Part shown: in pieces, positions 27,316 through 37,800 of the stretch
Layout: every line of letters starts with the position of its first letter
How positions within the stretch are numbered: the first letter of the stretch is position 1
Origin: Alphaproteobacteria bacterium
GTDB lineage: Bacteria > Pseudomonadota > Alphaproteobacteria > SP197
Length of the DNA stretch: 64,000 nt
Assembly: GCA_965228895.1 (NCBI GenBank)
Contig: OZ245842.1
Location: 2,912,001 to 2,976,000, forward strand
Direction: 5' to 3'
Notes under the pieces: model-generated
What the model was told of the DNA's origin: nothing
Seen by the model: the letters and a program-made list of their open reading frames with translations, nothing else
The model's database searches: none
Program-made: the position numbers and the translations under genes

Positions 27316-28401
27316 ATGAAGGACGATTTCCAACACCGTGGAGCGGGACCTGAGGATCTTGCCGACGGCTGGTCCGTCGCCGCCCCTGACGATCGCGGTA
27401 TGGATGGTGCACTGCTGGCCGAAATCGCCAAGCACTTTAGGGCGTGGAGCGAGGCCAATGTCCATGGCGTGGCGATCGCGCGTTGCGGCGCTCTGGTCTA
27501 CGAGCACTACTTCACCGGCGAGGATCAGGCCTGGGGCAAACCACTGGGCCAGGTCACCTATGACGCGTCCACACGTCACGACCTGCGTTCGATGACAAAA
27601 AGCGTCACCGGGCTTCTGGTTGGCATCGCGTTCGAACGCGGTTGGCTGAACGATATCGAGGCGCCGGTCTTTTCGTTTTTCCGGGAACACGACGATCTGA
27701 AGACGCCGGAGAAAGCGGGGATCACCCTACGCCATCTGCTCACCATGTCGCCGGGCCTGGCGTGGGACGAGAACACGCCCTATAGCGACCCCGCCAACAG
27801 CGAGCGTCAGATGTCGGTGGCGCCCGATCCCGTCCGCTACGTGCTCGAGCAGCCGCTGGTGCGCCCGCCCGGTGTCTCCTACAACTATGGTGGCGGCAAC
27901 ACGGCGCTTCTTGCCGCGATCCTGAAACGCGTTTCAGACAAGGCACTCGACGACCTCGCCCAAGAGGTCCTGTTCGATCCGCTCGGCATCAGCGACGTCG
28001 AGTGGATACGGTATCCGGACGGCACGCCGATCGCGGCGTCTGGCCTGCGCCTGCGCCCGCGTGACATTGCCAAGGTTGGCCAGCTCGTGTTGGACAAGGG
28101 CCAATGGCGCGGCGAACGGGTCGTCTCGGCGGACTGGATCGAACAATCGATCACGCCACAGATCAACGGCCAGAGTCTTTTCTTCTACGGCTACCATTGG
28201 TGGCTCGGCCGCTCGCTGGTCGACAAACGCGAGGTCACCTGGGCGTCTGCCGTCGGCTGGGGTGGCCAGCGCATGTTCGTCGTGCCAAGCCACGACCTCG
28301 TGGTCACCGTGCTGGCCGGGCTCTACGACAACATGTTCCTGCAGCCGATCCCCGGCGAGGTCGTCTTGCGGCGCTACGCGCTGGCGTCGATCCAACCGTA
28401 A
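27316..28401 (+). CDS. Serine hydrolase, beta-lactamase class C/NylB-like family
   Basis: RSMTKS (SxxK), ITLRHLLTM, YNY, LRPRDIAKVG, GWGGQ. Confidence 0.88.
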   Translation: MKDDFQHRGAGPEDLADGWSVAAPDDRGMDGALLAEIAKHFRAWSEANVHGVAIARCGALVYEHYFTGEDQAWGKPLGQVTYDASTRHDLRSMTKSVTGLLVGIAFERGWLNDIEAPVFSFFREHDDLKTPEKAGITLRHLLTMSPGLAWDENTPYSDPANSERQMSVAPDPVRYVLEQPLVRPPGVSYNYGGGNTALLAAILKRVSDKALDDLAQEVLFDPLGISDVEWIRYPDGTPIAASGLRLRPRDIAKVGQLVLDKGQWRGERVVSADWIEQSITPQINGQSLFFYGYHWWLGRSLVDKREVTWASAVGWGGQRMFVVPSHDLVVTVLAGLYDNMFLQPIPGEVVLRRYALASIQP

Positions 28402-28486
28402 GACATCCTATCGCAGTCCGTCCCGTGCAACCGTCGCGCGCGTCTGTTAGGGTGCCGACGGCGCGCAGTTCATCCCTGGGTTAACC

Positions 28487-29785
28487 ATGAGTCAAACGAT
28501 GGCGGCATCGCCAGCTGCGCGCAAAAGCAAGGTGACGCCGAAGACCGTCTTCGCCTGCGTCATCGGCAACATCCTCGAATGGTACGACTTCACCGCCTAC
28601 GGTTTTCTGGCGACGATCATCGGCGCCAGCTTCTTTCCGTCCGGCGATAGCTTCGCCTCGGTGCTCGCGGCGTTCGGCGCGCTTGCTGCGGGTTACGGCG
28701 CCAGACCGCTGGGCAGCATCATCGGCGGTCACCTGGGCGACCGCATCGGGCGCAAGCCGACCATGATCCTGTGCATGACGACCATGGGTCTGTCGACCTT
28801 CGCCATCGGCCTCTTGCCGACCTATGAGCAGATCGGCGTCACGGCTGCCGTGCTGCTGGTCGCCATCCGCGTCATCCAGGGTCTCTCGGTGGCCGGCGAA
28901 TACAGTTCGTCGTCGGTCCTGCTGGTCGAAAACGCCGAACCGCGCCGGCGCGGCTTTGTCGGCAGCTGGATTGCCTGCGCCATGATGGCCGGCTGTCTGC
29001 TGGGCTCCGGCATGGCGGCACTTTCCAGCGCCATCGTCGGCGACACCGCGATGGCGGCATGGGGCTGGCGTATCCCGTTTCTGTTCGGCGGCGTTATCGC
29101 CATCATCGGCATCGTGATCCGCCGGCGGCTCACCGAGTCGGCGGCCATGCCAGGCACCGACGAGGTCCTCGCCGTCCCGATCGTCGACGCGTTCAGGAAC
29201 CACTGGCGCACGATCGTCACCATCGTCGGCATCAACATGCCGATTTCGGTCAGCTACTTCGTTCTTTTTGTCTACGCCGTCTCGTACCTGACCGACCAGA
29301 TGCACTTCACGACGTCCCAGGCGATGGACATCAACACCGTCAGCCTGATCGCCATGACCCTGCTGATCCCGCTGACGGGCCTTGCGGCGGACCGTTTCGG
29401 GCGCAAGACCGTGCTCTACGTCTCACTGCTCGGCACCATCGTCGCCGGCTGGCCCGCCTGGTACCTGATGCACACGCCGGAACTTGGCCTGGTCCTGGTT
29501 GGTCAGCTGGTCATCGCGTGCCTCAGCGCGGCGGGCTGGGCGTTGTCGGTTCCGATGATGGTCGAGCTGCTGCCGGCCAAGGTGCGCTGCACCGGCGGCG
29601 GCCTTGGCTACAACATCTGCCTCGCCCTGTTTGGCGGTACGACGCCGTTGATCGCCGCCTATCTGGTCGAGCGCACGGGCGATGACTTCACGCCGATCTA
29701 CTACGTGATGATCGCCGCCGCGATCGCCTTCGTCTTCACACTGCGCATGCCGGAGATGGCGGGCAAACCGCTGCCGAGAGACTAG
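28487..29785 (+). CDS. MFS transporter, ProP-like (metabolite:H+ symporter)
   Basis: GNILEWYDF, GDRIGRK, QGLSVAGE, WGWRIPF, DRFGRK, FGGTTP. Confidence 0.9.
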   Translation: MSQTMAASPAARKSKVTPKTVFACVIGNILEWYDFTAYGFLATIIGASFFPSGDSFASVLAAFGALAAGYGARPLGSIIGGHLGDRIGRKPTMILCMTTMGLSTFAIGLLPTYEQIGVTAAVLLVAIRVIQGLSVAGEYSSSSVLLVENAEPRRRGFVGSWIACAMMAGCLLGSGMAALSSAIVGDTAMAAWGWRIPFLFGGVIAIIGIVIRRRLTESAAMPGTDEVLAVPIVDAFRNHWRTIVTIVGINMPISVSYFVLFVYAVSYLTDQMHFTTSQAMDINTVSLIAMTLLIPLTGLAADRFGRKTVLYVSLLGTIVAGWPAWYLMHTPELGLVLVGQLVIACLSAAGWALSVPMMVELLPAKVRCTGGGLGYNICLALFGGTTPLIAAYLVERTGDDFTPIYYVMIAAAIAFVFTLRMPEMAGKPLPRD

Positions 29786-32217
29786 GCCCGCAACCTTTCG
29801 TTCTCCGGATCGAACGGCGACTCCTCGATGATCGTGACGCGGTGGCCGTTGCCCAGGATGTCCATCTGAAGATCGGTGCCAATCTCCGAGACCTCCGGGC
29901 GGACCATGCCGAGCGCCAGAGACTTGCCGAGGCGGAAGCCGTAATTGCCGGAGGTCGCGCGGCCGACGACCTCGCCGTTCAGCGAGATCGGGTTGTTGCC
30001 GAGCGCGTCGGCATCGGTCACGTCGTGCACCTCCATGGTAACGAAGGTGTTCTGGAAACCCTTCTCCTGCCACTGCGACAACGCGTCGCGGCCGATGAAC
30101 TCGCCCTTGTTCAAGTGAACGAAGCGGTGCAGGCCGGATTCAAGCGCGGCGTACTCGATCGAGAGTTCCTGGCCGACCATGCGGTAGGACTTCTCGACAC
30201 GCATGGCTTCCATGGCGCGAATGCCGAAGGGTTTGATGCCCAGGTCCTCGCCCGCCGCCACGACGGCGTCGAAGATGTGGTTCTGGTACTCCAGCGGATG
30301 GTGCAGCTCCCAGCCGAGCTCGCCGACAAAGTTCATGCGCAAGGCAAGCGTCGGCGCCAGGCCGACATCAATCCAGCGGCCCGACAGCCACTTGAAGCTG
30401 TCGGCAGAGAGGTCGTCACGGGTGATGCTCTGCAAAAGCTCACGCGACTTCGGACCGGCGACGACCAGCACGCCCATCTGGTTGGTCAGATGGTCGAAAC
30501 GGACCGAACCGTCCGACGGCATGTGCTTCTTGAGCCAGTCATGGTCGAGGCGCTGGAGCGCACCGGCGGAGACGACATAAAACGAGTCCTCGGCTTCACG
30601 CATGATCGTGAACTCCGAATGGACGCCGCCACGCGTGTTGAGCGCGTGGACCAAGCCGACCCGGCCGATCTTCTTGGGCAGGCGGTTGGCAATCAGGCCG
30701 TCCAGAAAGGCCTCCGCGCCGGGGCCGGAAATGCGGCACTTGGCAAACGCTGTCATGTCTAAAACACCAACGTTTTCATGCACATTGCGGACTTCGTTAC
30801 CAACATGCTCGAACCACTTGGAACGGCGGAACGACCAATCGTCTTCCTGGGCCACGCCGGACGGGGCAAACCAGTTGGCGCGTTCCCAGCCGAACTTCTG
30901 GCCGAACACCGCGCCCATGCCCTTCAGCCGGTCGTAACAGGGTGCCTGGCGCAGCGGACGGGCGGCCTCGCGCTCTTCGTCGGGGTAATGGATGACGAAG
31001 ACGTTGGCGTAGGCTTCCTCGTTCTTTTCGACCAGATAGGACTTCGTGCAGTAGTCGCCATAACGCCGCGGGTCGACGCCCAGCATATCGATGGTCGGCT
31101 CGCCCTCGACGATCCATTCGGCGAGCTGCCAACCGGCGCCGCCGGCCGCGGTGATGCCGAAGCTGTGGCCTTCGTTGAGCCAGAAATTAGGCAGATCCCA
31201 GGCCGGACCGATGATCGGGTTGCCATCTGGCGTATAACAGATGGCGCCGTTATAGACCTGCTTGACGCCGACCTCGCCGAACGCGGGAACGCGATTGATG
31301 GCGGACTCGATATGCGGCTCCAGGCGCTCCAGGTCTTCCTGGAAGAGTTCGTACTCCATGTCGTCGGATGGGCCGTCGACATAACAGGCGGGCGCGCCTT
31401 TCTCGTAGGGGCCCAGGATCAAACCGCCGCGCTCCTCGCGCATGTACCAGGAGCCATCGGACTCACGCAGCACGCCCATCTCGGGCAGGCCGTCGGCCTT
31501 GCGTTTTTGGATTTCCGGATGCGGCTCGGTGACGATGTACTGATGCTCGACCGGAATGACCGGCACGTCGAGACCGACCATGGCACCGACCTGACGCGCG
31601 AAGCTGCCAGATGCCGTCACGACATGCTCGCAGGTGATATCGCCCTTGTCTGTCTTGACCAGCCACTCGCCTGCGGGCGTGCGCTCGATGCCGGTGACCG
31701 TGGTGTTGCGATAGATCTCCGCGCCGTTGTTGCGCGCACCAATGGCGAGCGCCTGGGTCAGATCGGCCGGCTGAATGTAACCGTCCTCGGGATGCTGAAT
31801 GGCGCCGACCAGGCCTTCGGTGTTGCACAGCGGCCAGACTTCCTTCACCTGATCGGGCGTCAGGAAGTTGACCTCGACACCGATGGTGTCGGCAACGCCG
31901 GCATATTGGCGGTACTCGTCCATGCGCGCCTGGTTCATGGCGAGCCGAATGTTGGAGACCTTGGCGAAGCCGACCCGCTGGCCGGTTTCCTCCTCCAGCT
32001 CCTGATAGAACCGCACGGCAAACTTGTGCACCTGGCCGACCGAATAGCTCATGTTGAAGAGCGGCAGGAGGCCGGCCGCGTGCCAGGTCGAGCCGGACGT
32101 CAGTTCCTTGCGTTCGACCAGGACGACATCGGACCAGCCTTTCTTGGCCAGGTGATAGAGGGTGCCGACGCCGACCACACCGCCACCGATAACAACGACC
32201 CGTGCATGGCTCTTCAT
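29782..32217 (-). CDS. Dimethylglycine dehydrogenase (GcvT family)
   Basis: MKSHARVVVIGGGVVG, GSTWHAAGL, YTPDGNP, HSFGITAAGGAG, WERANWF, FVGELGWELH. Confidence 0.88.
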   Translation of the reverse strand: MKSHARVVVIGGGVVGVGTLYHLAKKGWSDVVLVERKELTSGSTWHAAGLLPLFNMSYSVGQVHKFAVRFYQELEEETGQRVGFAKVSNIRLAMNQARMDEYRQYAGVADTIGVEVNFLTPDQVKEVWPLCNTEGLVGAIQHPEDGYIQPADLTQALAIGARNNGAEIYRNTTVTGIERTPAGEWLVKTDKGDITCEHVVTASGSFARQVGAMVGLDVPVIPVEHQYIVTEPHPEIQKRKADGLPEMGVLRESDGSWYMREERGGLILGPYEKGAPACYVDGPSDDMEYELFQEDLERLEPHIESAINRVPAFGEVGVKQVYNGAICYTPDGNPIIGPAWDLPNFWLNEGHSFGITAAGGAGWQLAEWIVEGEPTIDMLGVDPRRYGDYCTKSYLVEKNEEAYANVFVIHYPDEEREAARPLRQAPCYDRLKGMGAVFGQKFGWERANWFAPSGVAQEDDWSFRRSKWFEHVGNEVRNVHENVGVLDMTAFAKCRISGPGAEAFLDGLIANRLPKKIGRVGLVHALNTRGGVHSEFTIMREAEDSFYVVSAGALQRLDHDWLKKHMPSDGSVRFDHLTNQMGVLVVAGPKSRELLQSITRDDLSADSFKWLSGRWIDVGLAPTLALRMNFVGELGWELHHPLEYQNHIFDAVVAAGEDLGIKPFGIRAMEAMRVEKSYRMVGQELSIEYAALESGLHRFVHLNKGEFIGRDALSQWQEKGFQNTFVTMEVHDVTDADALGNNPISLNGEVVGRATSGNYGFRLGKSLALGMVRPEVSEIGTDLQMDILGNGHRVTIIEESPFDPENERLRA

Positions 32218-32456
32218 GAATGCCTCTCCCCTGCACCGCCCGCTCTGGAGCGGTTGGTCCTGTCGTAACAAAAGCCAGGGCGCTTCACTAGCGCCCGACC
32301 GGACCCGCCATTGTCACACAGGCGACACCGACTGTGCGTGTGCCGTCATGGAGAGGCCGATTCGGCGGCGAATCCGGCAGCGAGTGGTGATTCGGCTGTC
32401 GAAACGCGGGTCAATTTGCTTGGCGATAGGATGGGCCGGGCCTTAGGGTCCCCTCC

Positions 32457-34796
32457 ATGACAGCACAAGGTATTGGCGCGCCGGTCAGGCGCAAGGAAGA
32501 TCGGCGGTTCCTGACCGGGCGCGGGAACTATGTCGGCGACTATCACGTTCCCGGCGCGCTGCATCTGGCTTTTGTCAGGTCAGTGCACGCCCACGCCACC
32601 ATCCGCGAGATCGACACGTCGGCGGCGCGATCCATGCCGGGCGTCGTCGACGTAATGACCGGCGACGATCTGCAAGCCGACGGCATCAAGCCGATCGCCA
32701 ACCGGATCGGTTTTGACGGCAGCGACGGACGTCCGCTGCCGACCCTGCCCCGGCCCGCCCTGGTCCGCGATACCGTCCGCGTGGTCGGCGACGCGGTCGC
32801 CGTTGTCGTGGCCGAGACCAGCGATGCCGCCCATGACGCCGCCGAGGCGGTGCATGTCGACTATGACGACATACCCGCCGTCGTCACCATGGACCAGGCC
32901 CGCACCGACGGCGCCCAGACGATCTGGGAAGACGCGCCGGGCAACCGCGCCTATGTCTGGTCAAGCGGCGACGCGGCGGCGAGCGACGACGCGTTCGCCA
33001 ACGCTGCTCATGTCGTCGACCTGGACCTCGTCAACAACCGCATCACCGCCAACCCGATGGAGCCGCGCCTGGTGGTCGCCGAGCCGGATGCGACGACCGG
33101 CGGCATCATCTTCACGCTCGGCAGTCAGGCGCCACATCTCCTGCGCACGCGCCTCGCCGGTCTTCTGGATATGGTGGAATCGCAACTGCGCATCGTCTCG
33201 CCCGATTTCGGCGGCGGGTTCGGCATGCGCGGCTCGACCCCCTACCCCGAAGAAATCGTCGCATGCTGGCTTGCCCGGCGCCTCGATCGCCCGGTGCGCT
33301 GGACGGGCACGCGGCACGAGGTGCTGATGACCGACACCCAGGCGCGCGACCACGAGACGCGGGCCGAACTGGCGCTAGACGGCGACGGCCGGTTTCTAGC
33401 GTTGCGCGTTCACACGAAAGCCAATCTGGGCGCCTATCTGATCGGCATCGGCGCGATGCTGCCGATCCATCTTTATGCGCCGCTGCTCGCCGGCATCTAC
33501 CGGATCGGCGCCGTCGACTTGACCATTGAGGGCATCCTCACCAACACGGTACCGACAGCGCCTTATCGCGGCGCCGGCCGGCCGGAGGCTGCCTATGTCA
33601 TCGAACGGCTCGCCGATGAGGCCGCGATCGCGACGGGCATCGACCGGGTCGAAATCAGGCGCCGCAACATGTACCGCGCAGAGGACCTGCCCGTCACCAA
33701 CGTGAACGGGCTCCGGATCGACAGCGGCGACTTCGGCGCGGTGATGGACCGCGCGCTCGACAGCGCGGCGGTTTCGGATTTCGCGTCACGCCGGGCGCAA
33801 TCGGAGGCGAGCGGCCGTCATCGCGGCCTGGGGTTTGCGACCTATATTGAATCGGCCGCCGACGGCTCGGCGACCAGCTATGAGTCCGCGCGGCTGCGCG
33901 TCAATCCGACCGGCACCGCGACACTGCATGTCGGCACCCACAGTCACGGCCAGGGCCACGCGACCGCGTTCGTGCAGATCGCGGCCGACCGATTGGGCCT
34001 GCCCATCGATGCCATCGAGCTGGCGTTCGGCGATACGGAGCGCGAGCCCTATGGCCTCGGCACATACGCGTCCCGCTCGCTGGTCTCGGCCGGCCCGGCC
34101 ATCGTGGCGGCGACCGACAAGGTGATCGACAAGGGACGGCACATCGCGGCGCACCTGTTTGAGTCCGATGTCGACGAGGTCACTTTCGCCGACGGTATGT
34201 TCGCGGTCGCCGGCACCAACCGCCAGGCAAGCTTCGCCGAGATCGCGCATGCCGCCTATGTGCCGCACAACTTTCCCCATGACAGCCTGGAACCCGGCCT
34301 GGACGAAACCGCGTTCAACAAGGTCCAGGCCTCGACCTTCCCCAACGGTTGCCATGTCGCCGAAGTGGAGATCGACCCTGAGACCGGTGTCGTAACGCTT
34401 CTCGATTACACCTGCGTCGACGATATCGGCACGGTCATCAACCCGATGATCGCCGCGGGACAAAGCCACGGCGCAATCGCCCAGGGCGTCGGTCAGGCGC
34501 TGATGGAGCTGTGCCACTATCACCCGCAGACCGGCCAGTTCCAGTCGGCGACGTTCCTGGACTACTGCATGCCGCGCGCCGGCGACCTGCCGATGATCGA
34601 CTGGTCGACCCGGCCAGTGCCGACCGGCACCAACAGCCTAGGCGTCAAAGGCGTCGGAGAGACCGGCACCATCGCCGCGCCGCCGGCGGTGATGAACGCG
34701 ATCCTGGATGCGCTGCGCCCCATCGGCGTCACCCAACTGGATATGCCGGCGACGCCTGAGACGGTGTGGCGCGCCATCCAAAACGTGAACCGGTGA
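32457..34796 (+). CDS. Xanthine dehydrogenase-family molybdopterin-binding large subunit (CoxL-like, not form I)
   Basis: RRKED.RFLTG.G, GGGFG, PYRGAGRPE, GQGH.T, GVKGVGE. Confidence 0.9.
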   Translation: MTAQGIGAPVRRKEDRRFLTGRGNYVGDYHVPGALHLAFVRSVHAHATIREIDTSAARSMPGVVDVMTGDDLQADGIKPIANRIGFDGSDGRPLPTLPRPALVRDTVRVVGDAVAVVVAETSDAAHDAAEAVHVDYDDIPAVVTMDQARTDGAQTIWEDAPGNRAYVWSSGDAAASDDAFANAAHVVDLDLVNNRITANPMEPRLVVAEPDATTGGIIFTLGSQAPHLLRTRLAGLLDMVESQLRIVSPDFGGGFGMRGSTPYPEEIVACWLARRLDRPVRWTGTRHEVLMTDTQARDHETRAELALDGDGRFLALRVHTKANLGAYLIGIGAMLPIHLYAPLLAGIYRIGAVDLTIEGILTNTVPTAPYRGAGRPEAAYVIERLADEAAIATGIDRVEIRRRNMYRAEDLPVTNVNGLRIDSGDFGAVMDRALDSAAVSDFASRRAQSEASGRHRGLGFATYIESAADGSATSYESARLRVNPTGTATLHVGTHSHGQGHATAFVQIAADRLGLPIDAIELAFGDTEREPYGLGTYASRSLVSAGPAIVAATDKVIDKGRHIAAHLFESDVDEVTFADGMFAVAGTNRQASFAEIAHAAYVPHNFPHDSLEPGLDETAFNKVQASTFPNGCHVAEVEIDPETGVVTLLDYTCVDDIGTVINPMIAAGQSHGAIAQGVGQALMELCHYHPQTGQFQSATFLDYCMPRAGDLPMIDWSTRPVPTGTNSLGVKGVGETGTIAAPPAVMNAILDALRPIGVTQLDMPATPETVWRAIQNVNR

Positions 34797-34856
34797 AGCT
34801 CGATCACTATGGCGATTTGCGCCAAACTTGGGCGAGTTCGCTGACGGGAGGTGACC

Positions 34857-35366
34857 ATGACCGGCAAAGCTGACATCCGCGGCCTGCATCACAACGCCTA
34901 CCGCTGCCGCGATGCCGAGGAGACACGGCAGTTCTATGAGGACTTCCTGGGTCTGGAACTGGCCGAGGCCTTCGAGATCGCGACGACGCAGACTGGCCGC
35001 GACACCCGTGTCATTCATATCTTCTTCGAAATGGGCGATGGGTCGTTCCTGGCCTTCTTCGAGGCGCCGGGCCAACCCTTCACGTTCAAGGACCAGCACG
35101 ACTTCGACCTGCACATTGCTCTGGAGGTCAGCATGGAGACGCTGCACGCCATGTTCCAGAAGGGCAAGGACGCAGGCATCGAAACCCGCGGTATCTCCGA
35201 CCATGGTTTCATTCACTCGATCTATTTCCGCGACCCCAATGGTTACGTCATCGAGCTGACCGCCAAGACCGAAACGCGCGATGCCGATGAATGGCAGCGC
35301 GTGAAAGGCGGCGCGCGGGCGGCGCTGGACAAGTGGACGGCGACAAAACCGGCGGACGCCGCCTGA
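34857..35366 (+). CDS. VOC/glyoxalase family protein
   Basis: GLHHNAYRC, HIFF, HIAL, SIYFRDPNGYVIEL. Confidence 0.88.
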   Translation: MTGKADIRGLHHNAYRCRDAEETRQFYEDFLGLELAEAFEIATTQTGRDTRVIHIFFEMGDGSFLAFFEAPGQPFTFKDQHDFDLHIALEVSMETLHAMFQKGKDAGIETRGISDHGFIHSIYFRDPNGYVIELTAKTETRDADEWQRVKGGARAALDKWTATKPADAA

Positions 35367-35398
35367 CATCCGCATGACGGCGCGGTAGTGTCCTCTCC

Positions 35399-36535
35399 AT
35401 GACTGAGGCCGCACGCAAAGCGATAGACGGCAACGGGCCGTTCTTCACCTTGCCGCCCCGCTGGTTCACCGACCCGGCAGTCCTGGCGCGCGAAAAAGAA
35501 ACGATCTTCTACAAGAGCTGGCGCTATGTCGGGCACGAGAGCGATTTACCCGAACCCGGCAGTTACATCACCTGTCGAATCGTCGATCAGTCGATCTTCC
35601 TGATCCGCAACCGGGATGGCGACATCAAGGCCTTTCACAACGTCTGCCGCCATCGCGCCCATGAGCTGCTGCAGGGGCACGGTAAGATAAAGGCCGTTAT
35701 CACCTGCCCCTATCATGCCTGGGCCTATGACAGCGACGGCACCCTAAGGTCAGCGCGCCTGTCAGACGGCGTGCAGGGCTTCGACACGACGGATTTCAGC
35801 CTGGTGCCCGTCCGCGTCGAATCGATGCTGGGCCTGTTGTTCGTCAATCTCGATCCCGACGCCGTGCCCTTCGCCGAGCAGTTCGCAGGGCTGGCCGATG
35901 AGATCACGTCGCTGGTCCCGACATTTCCTGACCTGGTCAAGGTCGAACAGCAGCGCACCCGAAACGGCGGCGATGACGTCGTCGACCTGAAGGCCAACTG
36001 GAAGGTGCTGATGGACAATTGCAGCGAGTGTTATCACTGCGATCCCGCCCATCCGGCCTTCGTCGACCTGGTCGACATGGCGAGCTACACGATCGACGTT
36101 CGCGACATGTACACACGCCACGAGATGGCGTGCACGAAACCCGCCAACGCAGCCTATGACTACCGCACTGACACGACGGTGACGAAAGCCGTTTTCTGGC
36201 ACCTGTGGCCGAACATGACGCTGGGCGTCATGCCGGGCTCACCGAACTTCGATGTCTTTCTGTTCGAGCCCGTCGAGGTCGAATCGACGCGCCTGGACGG
36301 CGACAGCTTCCGGCTGCCGGACGGCGCGGGCGAAACGGACGCCGCTCGGGCGCGCTATGGTTCGAATGTTCTGTGGCCCGAGGACCGCGACCTCTGCGAG
36401 TCCGTCCAGCGTGGGCTTCATTCACGCGGCTATCAGCGCGGCCGCTTCATGGTCGACGATCAGCGCAGCGCCATCTCCGAACACGTGCCCGCGTTCTTCC
36501 ACCACAAGGTCGCCGAGGCGCTCGGCGAGGTCTAA
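35399..36535 (+). CDS. Rieske non-heme iron oxygenase alpha subunit, carnitine/choline monooxygenase (CntA/YeaW)-like
   Basis: NVCRHRAH and CPYHAW Rieske ligands; NWK...DN.SECYHC.PAHP; C-terminal GL.SRGY...SAISEH. Confidence 0.85.
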   Translation: MTEAARKAIDGNGPFFTLPPRWFTDPAVLAREKETIFYKSWRYVGHESDLPEPGSYITCRIVDQSIFLIRNRDGDIKAFHNVCRHRAHELLQGHGKIKAVITCPYHAWAYDSDGTLRSARLSDGVQGFDTTDFSLVPVRVESMLGLLFVNLDPDAVPFAEQFAGLADEITSLVPTFPDLVKVEQQRTRNGGDDVVDLKANWKVLMDNCSECYHCDPAHPAFVDLVDMASYTIDVRDMYTRHEMACTKPANAAYDYRTDTTVTKAVFWHLWPNMTLGVMPGSPNFDVFLFEPVEVESTRLDGDSFRLPDGAGETDAARARYGSNVLWPEDRDLCESVQRGLHSRGYQRGRFMVDDQRSAISEHVPAFFHHKVAEALGEV

Positions 36536-36840
36536 GACCTTAGATGCGCGCTAGAGGGCGTCACCAAATGAGTGCTGGCAACACTCTCACGGACGGTCAG
36601 TTGGGAGGCCTTGTGGTTCCCATCCTGGCTTGCTCCGGCGGCTTGTGCATTTATGCCAGTTCGTGGGTGGGTTGTCGGACTGTTGCCCAAGTCCTGCATC
36701 ATTGACTGGATCGGACGTACCCAATTGCATCTAGGACAAGTCTGGCGATCCCCTGCTTGAACAAGCTGAGGCAGGCGGCAGCGTGGGATGGCTATCTAGA
36801 ATGTCGAGAGTGAGCGAAGTGCCGACGATAAAGACAGGTT

Positions 36841-37800
36841 TCAGCAGTCATCGGCTCCGCTGTTCAAACAACGCTCGATTTCCTCAACGATTTCGTTGAC
36901 TTCCTCGTCGGAGAGTGAGTCTACCCAACTGCTGATGTGTACGTTCTTGTTGAACTCCAGAAGGTTCGAGGCTGCGTGCTCAATACTGACGTATAGCGCA
37001 TCAACAACGGCGTCGTGGCTAGTCTGCTGAAAGAACACCACGCTATCATCAATCACGTACCTAACGCTCGTACAGTTGCTCAGTTCCGCCACGCCAAAAC
37101 TCGATTTTTGCAGTTGTGGTGACAGATCTTCCTTGAAGAACTTATCCAGTTCAACGAGGACGTACGCCCTTGCTAACTCTGGGCAAACTTTCGCAGTCAC
37201 ATAGTGGTCGGCAGCATACTGGAAGATCACGAATACCGGGAAGAATCCGCCGTCACGATAGACATACATCACAGGGCCGTTCAGCACTTCTTCACAGTTC
37301 TCATCGCCATTACAGCCAAATCTCTCACTAAGCCTTTCAAAGACGTCACTCATCACGAGAATTCTCGAAACGTGACCGTCGTGATTCTGGCCCGCTGTCG
37401 CAGCCAACCACTCCCGGCGCAGGAACGCATAGAAATCGCCATACCCGTCAAATGTAATGTGATTGAAACGATAACCATCGATGTAAGCGACCAAGTCGGT
37501 GTTCGCTTGCTGCTTCTGGCGAAAGAAGACGCGAACGTCAGCCGCCGTGTCACCAAATGCGCCCATCAGTGAGGACGTGATACCGGACCGATACTCTTCC
37601 GTCATCTCCGTGGTTCCTTCGACAGCGAAGTTGATACCGCCACGGTCGAACGACGCGGCTTCCGCCTCATCTTCTGCAGAGTTCGCGGCCTCAATAAACT
37701 CCACTGTTCCGGCCGCCAGGGAGAGCTGGGTGCCCGATCCAAAACCAAGTGAAACCACAAACAATGCCAACAGAAACTGATTCGAAAGAGCCTTCGACAC
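36841..37800 (-). CDS. Hypothetical secreted acidic protein of foreign composition
   Basis: Long ORF with markedly lower GC and a signal-peptide-like N-terminus after GTG 37800; no domain recognised. Confidence 0.65.
   Translation of the reverse strand: MSKALSNQFLLALFVVSLGFGSGTQLSLAAGTVEFIEAANSAEDEAEAASFDRGGINFAVEGTTEMTEEYRSGITSSLMGAFGDTAADVRVFFRQKQQANTDLVAYIDGYRFNHITFDGYGDFYAFLRREWLAATAGQNHDGHVSRILVMSDVFERLSERFGCNGDENCEEVLNGPVMYVYRDGGFFPVFVIFQYAADHYVTAKVCPELARAYVLVELDKFFKEDLSPQLQKSSFGVAELSNCTSVRYVIDDSVVFFQQTSHDAVVDALYVSIEHAASNLLEFNKNVHISSWVDSLSDEEVNEIVEEIERCLNSGADDC

Noticed and set aside
32218-32456. Shared TGTC-Nx-GACA operator upstream of the betaine genes (also near 21886, 46800 and 54844)
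   Set aside because: Spacing is inconsistent between sites, and it cannot be distinguished from chance without a motif search
32457-34796. Aerobic CO dehydrogenase (form I coxL)
   Set aside because: Lacks the AYxCSFR motif and has no coxM/coxS or accessory cox genes
36536-36840. Small ORFs or an IS end within the insert
   Set aside because: Only short ORFs without motifs; no terminal inverted repeats or transposase fragment recognised
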